From the human T2T-CHM13v2.0 reference genome, Homo sapiens: DNA of 64,000 nucleotides. Below are positions 19,170-31,795 of the stretch, piece after piece (the stretch's first letter is position 1; each line of letters starts with the position of its first letter). A program made the position numbers and the translations under genes. Where the stretch lies: the NCBI RefSeq assembly GCF_009914755.1, contig NC_060934.1, one strand, 5' to 3'. The notes beneath the pieces were generated by a model that was not told the origin of the DNA, ran no database searches, and saw only the letters and a program-made list of their open reading frames with translations.

Positions 19170-19296
19170 GAGCTGGGCATGGTGGCTCATGCCTATAATC
19201 CCAACACTTTAGGCAGGAAGATCGCTTGAGGCCAGACCAGCCTGGGCAACACAGTGAGACATCATCTCTACAAAACCAAAAAGCCAAAAAACAAAA
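19170..19296 (+). mobile_element. FLAM / Alu left monomer
   Basis: GCTGGGCATGGTGGCTCATGCCTATAATCCCA...CCTGGGCAACACAGTGAGAC with an A-rich tail. Confidence 0.85.
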
Positions 19297-19839
19297 TGAA
19301 GACTGCCCCCCCACCCCATAATCTGATGCAAATATGGCTCAACATGTTAAGACTTGACAAAGTTGGGTGGGTACATGGATAGGGTATTCTTATTTCTTTG
19401 TTTTAGTAATTGCACAATAGAAATAGCAGTTAAAAACAGATGGGGCAAGGCTTTGTATCCTCACGGTTGTACAAATGTACCCCAAGTGACTGATGTGCCC
19501 CAGGTATATCTGGTGGCAGAGGTGGGTCTTAAGTCCAGGCTTTCTAACTCCTTCCTGAGGTCTTTTTATTTTAGGTCATGAGCAGTTTCCTTCGTCTTTG
19601 TACTTTAAACAAACAAAGCCCAAATTTCTATGCTTACCCTCAGTATAAGAGCAGTAACTTCTTTCTGCATGTTCTTGGAGATGTGAGAATAAAGATGTCA
19701 TCTTGAAGTTTCCTCGCAGTTCTCCCCGTAATCGGGAATCCTCATTTGCACTCAGAAACCATGGGTCAAGTCTGACAGAGGTCTCTGATTTGTGTTTATA
19801 AGGATATTTTCTCTGAAACTGTGGGATAATTTTTAAGTA

Positions 19840-20280
19840 ATTTATCAAATATTTATAGGGCCAGGCACAGTTCTAGGTGCTGGGGATATTGCTCTGAGTA
19901 CAACAGAATCTTTGCTTTGGTGGAGTTTACCTTCTGGTGGAGGAGAGGGGTGAAAAACGTATCAGTCAATTCATAAATGAGAATCTCAGGTGAGATTTAC
20001 TCTTCTCTGTGAAAAGTCAAAAGAAGTGCAGTGTCAGGAGATGGTGGGGGTGGTATGGAGGAGCAGGGGGCATGTTTAGGTGTGTGGGCAGTGAGGGCCC
20101 TTCCCTGAGGAAAGTGGCCAGTGGTGTGAACAGTGACCCAAGCAGAGGGAGAAAAAGCAACCCAGGCAGAGGGGACAGCATGACTTGAGGCCCTGATGTG
20201 GCAAAGAGGAATGAGCTGGGGTGCAAGGGCCCTTTGTTCCACAGGTTCAAAGCAGGGAGGAGGAGTGGTGAGAGCCGGGG
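19840..20280 (-). mobile_element. L2 3' fragment
   Basis: CAAATATTTAT...GCCAGGCACAGTTCTAGGTGCTGGGGAT antisense L2 end. Confidence 0.75.
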
Positions 20281-20384
20281 CCTGACCAGCCCTGGCAGGA
20301 ATGTGGCACACAGCTGCCCTGCCTCTGCCCGTCCCCAGCATTGCTGAGGTTGAATGACAGTTACTGGAGTTGATTTCTACCCTA

Positions 20385-20870
20385 GACGCGTGGCGCTTTT
20401 TGTTTGTCTGTTTGTGTTTTTTCTTCTTCTCACTTTAGGGCAGCGATAGGAGTCAAACCTCATCTGCTGCCCGAAGTTGTAATAAAGTCTTCACAGTCTC
20501 ATTTCCTGTTCTGAGAGGACGTGCAAAGTATAGGCTTTCCTCCTCCACCGCGGAGATCTGGGACGGCAAGGCTATCCGTGGCATCGGGACGGCGGAGGCG
20601 GGGGCGAGGGGAGAGGGTCACCTCCTTTGATATTAATTCATCGGTAATGGGTATGAACAGAAAAAACCACCAAGCAGCACTGGGCAGCTCTACCGTCGTC
20701 GGGCATAACGGGTTTCCTCGCGGAGCCGCGTCTGACGCGGCAGCCCCCCAGGCTTCGGCTCAGCTCTCCTGTTCCTCAGTCTCGGTAAAATGGCTGTCAA
20801 TCTATTTTAAGCGAGGAAAATTGAGGATGGTTTTTCAGTGCTATTGCTGGCTTAGTTATGTCAAGCGATT
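20385..20870. promoter_or_regulatory. Small orphan CpG-rich element (candidate enhancer or weak promoter)
   Basis: About 30 CpGs by eye in about 490 bp of unique sequence in a CpG-depleted window; GC-box-like GGAGGCGGGG; YY1-like AAAATGGCT (20787); CTGTCAATCT (20794). Confidence 0.6.
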
Positions 20871-23622
20871 TCTTCAAAGAGTAATAATAGGTGCTGTCTT
20901 CAGAAATAGTTTAGTCACAGATGCCTAGTTTTAAAGTCTACTTGCTTCCCTCCTGTCCTTTTCTTCAGTCTTATCTCCTATGCCTGGAGTCGAGTTTCTT
21001 CCAGAGATTTCCTCTCATGGAGACTAGCAGGCTGCATTTCATTTCTGGTTTCCTTCCATAATCATCTCCACCCCCTCCTCCTCTCTGCTGAACACCCATG
21101 CCAAAGGTTCTGTCAAGCCGGCCAGTTGAGCACTTTGAAACACATTGTCAAAAAACGGAATGATGTCATGCGGAAAAGAGTCAACCTGGGGGCAGCGATG
21201 TTAATAAGTTAGCTCATTCCCTCCCCCATCCCAACGTTGGATAATTTATTTTTTAACCAGTTTTTACCAACCAAATGTTAACACATATGCCTGATTGTTA
21301 ACCTCCTCTGGGCACCAAACCTGTTTTTTCTTGAGTGCAATAAGTGATTATCCAACTCATGCTGCTCCGAAAAAGAGGTTTTGTTTTAATAAGCAGTTTG
21401 CAGTTTGGCACACAATGCTGAGGAAAGCAACATTATCTCCAGCAGTAAACTCTGCAGTCATTGCAAAGCTTGACAAGAAAATGATTGAGTCTGTTTGTTA
21501 TACCTTTGTGGGGCTGCCACTGCTGCTGCTGATGGAAATGTTGCTGTTTATTCAGCAATGCAATAACACTTTCTGTAATTTATGGATGCACATTCCCCAG
21601 ATTACTAAAGGTAATATTGTTGACTAAAGGAAAGTATACGAATGGATAGTTTCAGTTGTTGCTGTCCTTATAAAAGTGATTGACTGTTCACTTTGCACAG
21701 GAAAGAATTTGCACAGGCTTCATCCCCCTTAACAATTACAGATTTTCCTTCTTCTGACAGTTACAAATAACATGGCTTGTCCTAAGTGGTAAAAATTTAC
21801 TGATTCCATGGAAGTTCACGTCAGGGGCTATGTGGATCCTGTCGCCCTTATTTCCTGGCCAGCTCTCCCGCCTTGCCCCTTGGGGGCGCCAGACAAGCCA
21901 TGCCTGGACTCTCGGTGGCCGTCAGCCTGAGAGAGGGGTGCCTGGCCAAGCGGCTTCCAGCCCCAGACCCTTGACTTTTCCCGTAAAAGGAGCTGCTGCT
22001 GCCGCGGGATGATCCTCAACCTTGCCTGGTGCCCTGCAGTGTGTGCTTGACATCTGATCTCAGGTGGTAGAAAAACACCTTTTGACCAGTTGTTCTGTGA
22101 GTAAGATTGGGTGAAGTTGGTCCTTTTGTCCCAGTAAATGTAGACAGATCCCTGGGCCATGGAAACCTGGCCACTCTTCTCAAAGTGTTGATTGGAAGAC
22201 CGAAAATGTAGCATCAGGGTGCCCCGGGTGCCCCTGTTGATGGGCTAAGGAAGAGCACACTGAGAGAGCTCAGCAGGGCTGCCCTGAACCAGAGGGCCCA
22301 GCTCTGGGGGACCGGGATGCTGCTCAGAGGCCTAGCATTTGCTCAGTGAACGGTAGTTGGTGCTTTCTCCTAGGCCACCAGGGAATACCACTTTGGGTCT
22401 GAAGCCTGTCAGCCTCTGTGGGCTGATGGCCAACAGGTGGACAACATTTTGAGGTCCCAGGTTTAGCCCTTATTGAAATGGAGAAACAAGCTGCTCAGTG
22501 AGGGGCCTTTCAGGAAAAAAGAACTTCACAGGTATATTTCAAAGTGCTGCCTTTTCTTCTTGGGAAACAAGTAGTTACACAAATATAAATACAAAATACA
22601 CATAAGGCATCATATGGTTTGCAATTGAAAGTGTCCTGTATTTTCTTCTGAGCAAACTCTCAATGGGCCAGTGTAGCTGTAACCAACCAGCACTGTACTT
22701 AATATGCCTTTGTCAGCCCTGAAGTTCTCCACTGAATGATTTGTTATTTAATTGGTCATAGTAGGGGGGATCCTAGCATATGCGAGACAGCGTTTGTTAA
22801 ATCTCAGTGACTGATGTCTGGAAGGCAATAGTTAACAAAAATATTATTCATCATTTTGTTAGGCCAAACACATGCTGTTGAATAGAGAAGGGTTAACATA
22901 GGAATGATCTAATGTACTTGTTCTGGGTGAATGTTGGCTTGAAGATGAACTTTAGGTGAGACTCCCTGTTTTTTCCTATCCATGCCTCATCTGTTTGCAT
23001 ATGTTCACTATATATTGATGAAAGATGAAAAAGGCTGATTTAGTTTATGTAAATTATCTTTCTCTTATCAATTTTATAGGTAGTTGTTTGTTTCTTCCTC
23101 TATCTCATTATGTAAAGGTTCACTATGTAGTTGTTTTGGCTTATGCTTTATCAATTTTATTATGTGAAAATTTTGTTTGATTTTGACTTTTGAGCATGAA
23201 ATACAAATCTTTTGAAATCCAAACATGCTTGTGAAATTCCAACCTGATTTTATTTACTAATGGCCCATAATCAAAGCACTCACTTTTGGTCATACAAATA
23301 ATTACAAAATGATGGATTTGCTGAGTGTGGTTCCCTGTTGCAATTGAAGTTCAGTCAGCTCATGTCAGTCTTGACATTAACCAAACTGAGAAGGATAATA
23401 ACAAGAATGTTACCAGGTGGATCTCAGCTCATCTAATTTGGATAATCCTAATCTCATCTAAATTTTAGAGTTCAGTTGGGTTTATAGACATTCTATTCTT
23501 TTCTCTAAATCTTAAATTAGCCATCTAATACTGACAGCTATGTTTTGGGCCAGAGTCTTCTCTCTCTTTATATATACATATTTATGTATGTTTATATATT
23601 AGTATGTATATTATGAGTATGT

Positions 23623-23760
23623 ATTTTATAATCCACATATAATTATAATATATATAATTATAATTTTATAATCCACATATTAATAGTATTTCTGAGTGAT
23701 AAGTGGTGTTATCACTCAGAAATTAAGAGTGAAAATTTAAAATTAAGAATGATAATTTAA
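23623..23760. repeat. AT-rich cluster: 18-bp direct repeat, 15-bp perfect inverted repeat, 20-bp tandem repeat
   Basis: ATTTTATAATCCACATAT at 23623 and 23663; ATTTCTGAGTGATAA-gtggtg-TTATCACTCAGAAAT at 23688-23723; 23721-23740 vs 23741-23760 identical at 18/20. Confidence 0.9.
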
Positions 23761-24214
23761 AAGCAAATTATATGCTTTTAAATTAATATATATATTTTTA
23801 ACACAAACTAGATGGTTTCCTTAGTCATAATGAAGAAGCAAGTTGAAAAGACTAGGAAATAAATTCATAAAAGATAGCATAGGAAAGACATTCAGTCCAG
23901 CTACATTGATCTCTGATCTGTACGTCTTAACCAAGTAGGTTACCACATTTTTCAGAGATGATTCTCTTCATTTTTTTCTTTTTACTATACTGGAAGCTTA
24001 TATTCTATGAGAAAAAAGTAATTATATCTGGAATCTTGGAGAGTACTAATAATGTGATGATAATATGATGATCTGCTTTTTTTCGCTATAGCAGTCATCA
24101 CTTCTAGTGTTGTATGTTTGTTTGCATGTGTATATGTGTGTATGTATCTGTGTGTATTATCTATGTGAATGAATAAATGAAGATACTGTTTACTGTAAAC
24201 TTAAATTTTTACAG

Positions 24215-24370
24215 GCATTTCACCCACATACTTTCCAAGGTAGATATGATTATGATCCCTACATGACAGGTGGTGAAACTGAAGCAGAGAGTATAAATAT
24301 CACTTGCCCAATGTTACATAGCTCCTAAGTAAAAAAGCCAGGATTTAAAACGAAAATGTCCAGTCCTGGT
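24215..24370 (-). mobile_element. MIR fragment
   Basis: ACAGGTGGTGAAACTGAAGCAGAGAG...ACTTGCCCAATGTTACATAGC core. Confidence 0.7.
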
Positions 24371-24619
24371 ATCTGCACGCTCCGCCCTTACGTTTGCTCC
24401 TGCTGAGGAGTGAAGGTGACTGTGACAGGATGCTTTGTTGGCACCATTGTTGCTTCTGAGTTTGTCCAGTTAGTTGGATGGCCAGTCACTTTGCCCTCAT
24501 CCTTGGTCCATGTTTTCTTCCTAGGAGTCTCCTTAGCAACACATCCATTCAACGTGCACTTACAACAAACCCTCAAAGGCAAAACACCAAGTTCATTTTT
24601 CCATCTGAGTCTACTGAGA

Positions 24620-24891
24620 TTTTTTTTTTTTAAAAATGACATATAATAATTGTACATGTTTATGGGGTACATAGTGATGTTTTAGCACATATGTCTAGTG
24701 ATCATCAGCTCAGGGTAATTAGCATATCCATCATCTTGAACATTGATCATCCTTTGTGTTGGGAACATGCAACGTCCTCCTTCTAGCTATTTGAAACTAT
24801 GTATTATTGCTAACCGTAGTCATCCTGCAGTGCTATAGAACACTGGAACTTACTCTCATATCTAGCTGGGATTCTATATCCTTTAACAAAT
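24620..24891 (-). mobile_element. L1MA-type 3' end (L1MA5-like)
   Basis: T tail then ATAATTGTACATGTTTATGGGGTACATAGTGATG...GGGTAATTAGCATATCCATCATC. Confidence 0.87.
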
Positions 24892-25854
24892 CTGAGTGAC
24901 TTTACATGAGCAGATGTGATACATGAGAAATTGTGCCAGTTACTTTTAAGCTGCACATTCCTCCACAGTAAGTGGAATTGGTGGGGCTTGAATAGTAGAG
25001 ATAAAGAGGTTTTCTTTTTCTTTCTTTCTTTCTCTTTTTTTTTTTTTGTAAACTGCTCTTTCCTGTTTAAGGGCTCATGTACTTAGTTTCTTTTTCTCCC
25101 TCTCCCCCTCTCCCTTTCCCCTTGCTTTCTCTCTTTGAGTCCCGTGTTCCTTATTTGGCTAGAGAGTTTTTGTTTGTTTGTTTGTTTTTCCAGGGGTCCA
25201 CTTAATTACAAAACCATGCCTAAAAATCATCTCCAAATTCTCAACTCCAGTCCTTCTTTTGTAATAAAGATGCAGTGATGACATCATGTGGTCTGCTGTT
25301 GATTTGAATGAAATGAGTATCTGATGAACGAATACCTTGATGTAACGTGATCATTTTTAGTAAGAAAAGTGGTCTGGGAGGTGGGGCTATGGACACATGC
25401 AGGGCTTTTGTTTTGGAGAAACCTTGAGGGTAGTTAAAACAATGGCCAGTGGCCTCAGACCCCTGCCCACTCCACCCAGTCCCCCACCAGTCTAAACATC
25501 TTGCTTTGTTAACTGGACTGGCCCCAGGTGAGCCAGGAGGGGACTGGGAGGCACAGCCCCTGCAATCTGGGATATTGTTTAAATACCGTAAAAAGCCTCC
25601 CTCATTTACTCCTTGTGAGCACGGGAGAGAAAAAAGGTGTGGTAATCCTGGCGTAGCAGGTGGTGCGACTTTCATATCAGTCTAAAATGAAACTGTGGGG
25701 ATGTTTTATCCCCCTCTCTCCCATTCACTTTTTTTAATCTTTAAATAAGACGATTGGTAGCCTGTTGGCAAGAAAATGGGCCCTGAATTTTTATTCAAAG
25801 TTATACAAGGATGATAGTTGGAATTTTTGGCAGGAGGCACGCCATTGCTTTTCA

Positions 25855-26010
25855 GAAAGTGCTGTCAAGGGAAGCTTTTTCTGAATTACCTGCTGGGCCT
25901 GGGCGCTTTTATGTTGTTGTTGTGACAGGTAGATTTATAAGGCTTGAAATTTGTACAAATCAGTTGTCATTCAGTGGGAGCTGTCAATGTGTCAAGCTGT
26001 CAGCCTGCTG
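25855..26010. promoter_or_regulatory. Homotypic MEIS/PKNOX (TGACAG) motif cluster, candidate enhancer
   Basis: TGACAG/CTGTCA at 25862, 25923, 25981 and 25997; extra TGTCA cores at 25965 and 25990; AGATTTAT at 25931. Confidence 0.5.
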
Positions 26011-27716
26011 CGAGGGGACGCCTGAGGGGGAGTACAAGGGGGCAGCCATGGAGAGAGGAAATGAGTTCAAACAGACCTGAAATGGAGCTCAGTTCTCGGG
26101 GTTTGCTGCCCCCGTAGAGCCGGCATTGATTTTTCTTGATGTTGAGCAACAGCAAACCTTAAATGACACGTTGTTAGCAATCTAAAGTTGCTGTTTATTG
26201 TCTTTTAAATGGCAGCAAATCATGCAGAAGAGAATACAGTGTGTATTTTCGAATTGTGCATGTTTAGCAGCATCCTGTTCATGTCACTTTTCTGGCCTGG
26301 CTGGTTTCAACCAAGGGACCTGCTGCTTCACTGATGAGTCCAACTTTCGGTAGCATTTTGCAGACGCAGCGTGAAAGGAAGCTGTGTGCTCGTCTCTCCC
26401 TGGGCTATGGCTCGCTAATAAACACAATATTAAAGAAGCAGTGGGTTGATGCTGTTTAGCCTAAAAAAGAGAGTCGTCGTGTCCCTAGCCTGGCCTTACC
26501 TCTCTTTTAAGACAGAAGGCCTCAGCTGAGAGGGCTTTCCTGGACAGTGCTGGACGATGTAGTATGTTTTCTGAGAGAGCTGTCCATGACATCTCCTTCT
26601 ACTTCAATTATTTAAAGAAAAAAAAAAAGCATCAGGAAAATGCTCTGTTACTACCCAAAACAATCTGGTGAATTTCTCCATTTGTTTAAAAGCATCTTCA
26701 TTCTATAGTAAATATTTGGTGTGGTTCAGATCGTCTTTGCTTGCCTCGCGTACGACTCCTGCGAGGCTTCATATGTAACTCCTTTCGTTCTCCTCCTTCC
26801 GCGGTCTTTCTTACGCATACCTAGTATATAGAGAAATTTGAACCTTTTGCTAAGAAGTTATGGAGGGGGCAAAAAAGCATATTTCTGAAAAATAAAATCA
26901 AATAGACATGAAGGGCCTTACTTTTTCAATGTATGTGGCATTTAGCAAAGCACCTGGGCTTCTGTCTAGATGTTTAAGCCTTTGCACCTTTGGACAGAGT
27001 GTCCAGGCTTTAATCAGTTGTATGATTTCCGCTGATTTTGTGCATTCCTTGTCCATCAGGTGGCAAAGAGGAGAGGAGGTGGGGGCAGGGGCAAGGGAAG
27101 AGGCCAAGAAGGGGAGAGGTGGCTGGGGATGGAAATGGGAAGGTGACACTTGAGGAGCAGTCAGCACCAAGAGGTAAAAAAATTAATCTAAGATTTCCAT
27201 CTAGCCATTACCGGCTGGCGTTCACGGCCTCTGAGCCTCTGAGCTAAAAAGTCTGCAGAGAGTCTCCTGGCGCTACAGAGTTTGTCTTGTAAAAGTGCAG
27301 CTGTCCAAAACATGACAGCTACAGCATTAGCAGGGCCATTAAGAGGTGTAGAACATTTCCAGGGAAATGATTTGAAAAATGACAATGCTGGCTCCTGTGT
27401 GATATTAATTATACCCTGTACTCATGGCAAATAAGCTAAAATCGCTGGCAAGAAAGACTAAGTGAGGTGTCCTGGTTCTGACCGTCATTCGGATCAAACA
27501 GCCACCAAGCTGGTGAGGGCTTTATGGTCCACAGGTAATTGTAGGGTGAGAGGTACATGCTGGAAACCATCAGTCAGGGCTGTGTCTGGAGGATGGTCTT
27601 ATGGTGAGTATGGATTGCAGGCAGCTGGGGCAAAGCAGGATGTCCATGGAGACGGCGGGTAGTAGAAGGTAAAAGGTTGGCAGGGCTGTCCTCCATCCAT
27701 AGCATGTAGATCCAAG

Positions 27717-27914
27717 CTGCGCTGCCCAGCAGACCTTTCTGTGATGATGGAAATGTTCTACATCTGCAGTGTCCAATATGGTAGCCACTAGCCACATATA
27801 GATATCGAGCACTTCAAATGTGGGTACTGTGACTGAGGAACCGAATTTTAAATTTTATTTGCTTTTAATTAACATTGAAATAGCCACATGTGGCTACCAT
27901 AATGGGGAGAGCAG
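27717..27914 (+). mobile_element. MER3 (hAT-Charlie MITE)
   Basis: TTTCTGTGATGATGGAAATGTTCTA...GTCCAATATGGTAGCCACTAGCCACAT...AGCCACATGTGGCTA. Confidence 0.88.
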
Positions 27915-28074
27915 GACCCTAGAGAGTGGTTTCTCCATAAGATTCTGAGGCTGGAGTAGGATGTAGAAATGAGTGGTGACAAGAGTCAGGACTTGCACTG
28001 CAAGCCCTTCCTGGTGTAAAATAATCCATAGCTTTCTCTAGTTACTTCTTACTTTGTTATACCCTGACCTTACC

Positions 28075-28175
28075 CAGGGCAGTAAGCAAGAATAAGTATA
28101 ACCCATTTTACAGATGGGAAAACCAAGGCCTAGGAAGATCAAATTACTTTACTTAAGGTCACAGAGTAAGTCAGG
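28075..28175 (-). mobile_element. MIR core fragment
   Basis: CCCATTTTACAGATGGGAAAACCAAGGC...AAGGTCACAG. Confidence 0.7.
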
Positions 28176-29756
28176 CACTAGGTCTGCCAGTGTCTTTTCT
28201 TAAGATGCTGTCTCCTTTTCCAAGGGCTCTGATGGATGACACCTTTTTCCCCCCAAGTAAGTCTGTGCTACCCATCTGCTTGGCCTCAGGCTCCTGCATC
28301 TTCTTTCCACAGCATTCTTTGTCTTAACATCCAACACCTTGCGTGTGAAGGGCATGCCCAAATCTGAAACAGCTTAGAGGATGCTCCCCATTTCGCTTGC
28401 CTTGGCTGTACTTTCTGGAAGGTGGTCAGTCCATTGGCCCTGTCCCCTAGGGAGCCCTCCCTTAAACCTGGCAGCCCTGCACTTCTGAATTGTGCTTTTG
28501 ACCTGTGGATCAGATACATCATCCTCCTCTTGCCACTGATCCTGTAGCTAAATTACCCTATATAAACAAGCCTTTGTTATTCCTGACTGTGAGAGATGTG
28601 GTGCTGGCTCTTGTTGAAGAGGAAAATAGACCTGGGAAGAAAGAGGTCATGAGCAGGTCAAAGTGCCAGAAGAAAAGGCTTCTGGGGCTAAAGTTCCCAG
28701 ATTTGGGGTTTGTGGGGCAGGGGTAGTGTGGGGTATACTGCATGAAGACCATCCACAGGGACGTGTATGCCATGCCATGCATGTGACCACCTATTTGTAT
28801 TAAGTGGAATCCACCCATGAGATTTATCAAATAAAAAATCTAAAAGAAAGCCTGGGCTAAGTTCTGCCTGGACCTTTTGAAGAAATGTTGAAATGTTGCT
28901 GGGCTATGATCTACTAATCCTTCAAGTGTGCTGAACATGAGAAATAGCATTCACTGTTAAACCACCAAGTGCAGAGAAAATGTCTTGAAATTATAGTGTT
29001 TGGTAAATTAGAGATTGCTTGTATTTCTCCTCTTCCAGAGCTGAGCCAAGGCTGCTTTCCCTCTTTCCTTGTTTACCTTGAAAACGCACTTTGCTGCCTG
29101 GGGTGTTTCTGTTAACCTCCCTGAACCCTTGCGATTTCATTCATGTGATTTGTTATTGAATGACCTTTTGAGGATTTTACAAAACATGACCTTTTCTTGT
29201 CAAACATTCAAGGGTTTGTAAAGTGAAGCTGTCACGGGGACTCTGCGTGTTTGCTAATTATAACTAATATGTTTCCCCACATCCTTGGAAATGCAAATCA
29301 CTTATTTGTCCCATGGATGGCTGCTCTTTCTTGCCTGTTGGTCTGAGATGCCTCCGAGCTGCTCAAAGGGACTTCTTTGGCCTGGGAATTCTGACTCTTC
29401 TTCTTAAAGTGAGGAAACAGGGACACTGATTTTGTTGTAAGTTAATTTGACCCCTTGGGAACAACCATGGAAGATGCAAGGAGAGAATGAAAGGGTTCAG
29501 AACAATCCAATTCTTGAGATACCAATGGGAATAATGGATACTCTCACAGTGTTCTGTGTGGTTCTAGTACCTGCCTTCCCCAGGGAAAAGAGTTTTTGTT
29601 TTGTTTTGTTTTGTTTTTTCTGGGTGGAAACAAAGGTGCAAATAAGGGAATTTTTATATACAAAAATAGAATTATAGGCAGAATCAAGGAAAGAAACATT
29701 AGGGACTTGCTTTCCATTGGTAATTTGGTATTAAATTTTGGTAATAAAAAATTTAA

Positions 29757-29945
29757 TAATAACAATAGCTTATCTAACATCTATTGAGTACTTATCATGT
29801 GCTATACATTGTGTTCAATGCTTTACGTGTATTATCCCAATTATCTCAACTACCCTATGAGCTAGGTGGTATTATTATCATTACCAGTAACTTGCACAGG
29901 ATCAGTTGGCAAAGGTAGTATTTGACATAGGGTTTTTCTGACTTG
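29757..29945 (-). mobile_element. MIR fragment
   Basis: TAACATCTATTGAGTACTTA...ACTACCCTATGAGCTAGGT...ATTATTATC. Confidence 0.75.
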
Positions 29946-31634
29946 ACCTTGCTATATCATCTTCTCTGTACATGTATGAATTTTGACTTATGTAGTGAAA
30001 GTGATGTATACTACTTCAAAAGCTTATTTTCTTAATGAGAAAAATACTCTGTGCGATATCTTTTCTCCTCCAGAATACTATCTTCTGTGATTGATAATCA
30101 CTCGATTGAGTTATTGTCAGCTTCCCTAAATCCTGCTTTTGGGAATTCAGTGCTGGGTCAAATCATGTGCCTCATGTTTGCTGCTAATGGAAGAAGAGTT
30201 GAGTAGGGCTCCTGAGACATTTATAAAAATGCAGCCAGTGAGTTTCTTATTAGGAGGAAAAAATAACCCCCCCCAAATATTCCAAATGATGCACCGTTAC
30301 TGTCACTAATGATTTGGAGTTAAGGGAGGAGGGATTTTGATCTAGAATGACTAAGAAATGGCTCCCTGTCTCTAAGTTATTTGTTAAAAGGGAAGGGATG
30401 GGATAGCATATGGACTGAATAAACTTCAAATTTTCTGAGCTTGGAGAAATTCCATTTCAATTGTGTGTAAATTGCTTGAAGATATTGTTTTATTTTGGTT
30501 CCTCTCCACTCAAGGTAGGGCTGTGTCTTAGAGAGGTCGGCCAGCCATAAAGGAGCTCAATGTTGGATTCTCTCCCCAAGGTCTAATACGGAGTCTCCTT
30601 TATAACATTCAAATGCTTGGCCCTGCTCCACTGTTGATCCCCCTAGTCATTTGGAAAACTCTATTTATCTAGGTAGGGGGATTACTGGGCTTTTCCAGCT
30701 TCCAAGCATAACTCCTAGGAGATGTTGTCTTTCAGATGACTTTCATGTGTTTTCCTTCCTCATTCATTTGATAGACATAGATGCACAAAGTAATTTGTGT
30801 CTTTGAAACAATGGAAATTTTTGAAGTGTTGGCTCATATTGTTTGGAAAGGGTCATTACAACTTTATATATTAAAAAAAGTTCAGATTCAGGATAGAAAA
30901 ATATATTTCACTTCTTTTATGAGTCTGTTCTCAAAAGCCAAGCAATTTGTTGTGAAAGAACGTAAGAAATACTGAGAATGAGAAAAGTTATTCATTCTAT
31001 AAAGCCCTGTCCCTCCTCATACTTCTTTTTCCCACTACAGGCTTTGATTGCTTCATAAATGACCCTCAATGTGAGAGAACCTGTCCGCCCTGCTATTTCA
31101 AATGTATTGAAGATGTTTATGATGGATAGTTAGGTTTCAACTATACAGTAACCCAGCTTTCTACTAAAGAGGGCCCTTATATCTTAATGCTTAATAGCAA
31201 TGGCTTATATATTTCAGGATCTTACCATTCTGGATATAGTCAGCCTCATCTTAAAGTTTTTTTTTTTTTTTAAGTCAGTATTTTATAAAGTGGATTTCGG
31301 GTGAAGAAGGAAGATCATGAAAATCTCATCTTTGGAGCTTCTCTTTTAAACTGAGTCAAGTTTAGGGTCTGTTTCATTATTAAGAAGGTACTTTTTAAAA
31401 TAGTTCTGTCAACTACAGTTATTGGCAGTACCCAGGGCCACGAGACACTTTGCCAGTAATTACTATCCAGGACTTGCAGCTTTCTAGTAGAAGTCTGAGT
31501 GTTTTTTAAAATCTTGAAAAATATTATTTAACTAATTCTAATATCATATAAAGCACTTTTAGGAGAATGGAAGTGTAAAATGGAACACTGTAAAATTCAT
31601 AAGAAGCATAAGAAAGAGAGGGAATAATTGTATT

Positions 31635-31795
31635 AGGTTAGTGATTCCCAATATTTTAAGGAGAAAGATGTGAGAATCTGATGAAAACTGGCCATTAGTC
31701 TCAGAAAAATACACATTAACATAACATTTTCCATTTAATTTGAGATTCATGGATTCCCCTCAACACCATTCTTGGGGCTCTAGATAAAGCACCTT
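31635..31795. mobile_element. hAT-Charlie MITE relic (MER117-like)
   Basis: TGAGAATCTGATGAAA...CAGAAAAATACACAT...TTCATGGA. Confidence 0.5.

Noticed and set aside
20521-20928. 135-aa ORF over the CpG-rich patch
   Set aside because: GTG start, no recognisable domain; GC-rich sequence gives stop-free frames by chance.
26743-26767. GCCTCGC...GCGAGGC hairpin
   Set aside because: A 7-bp stem is expected by chance in 64 kb.
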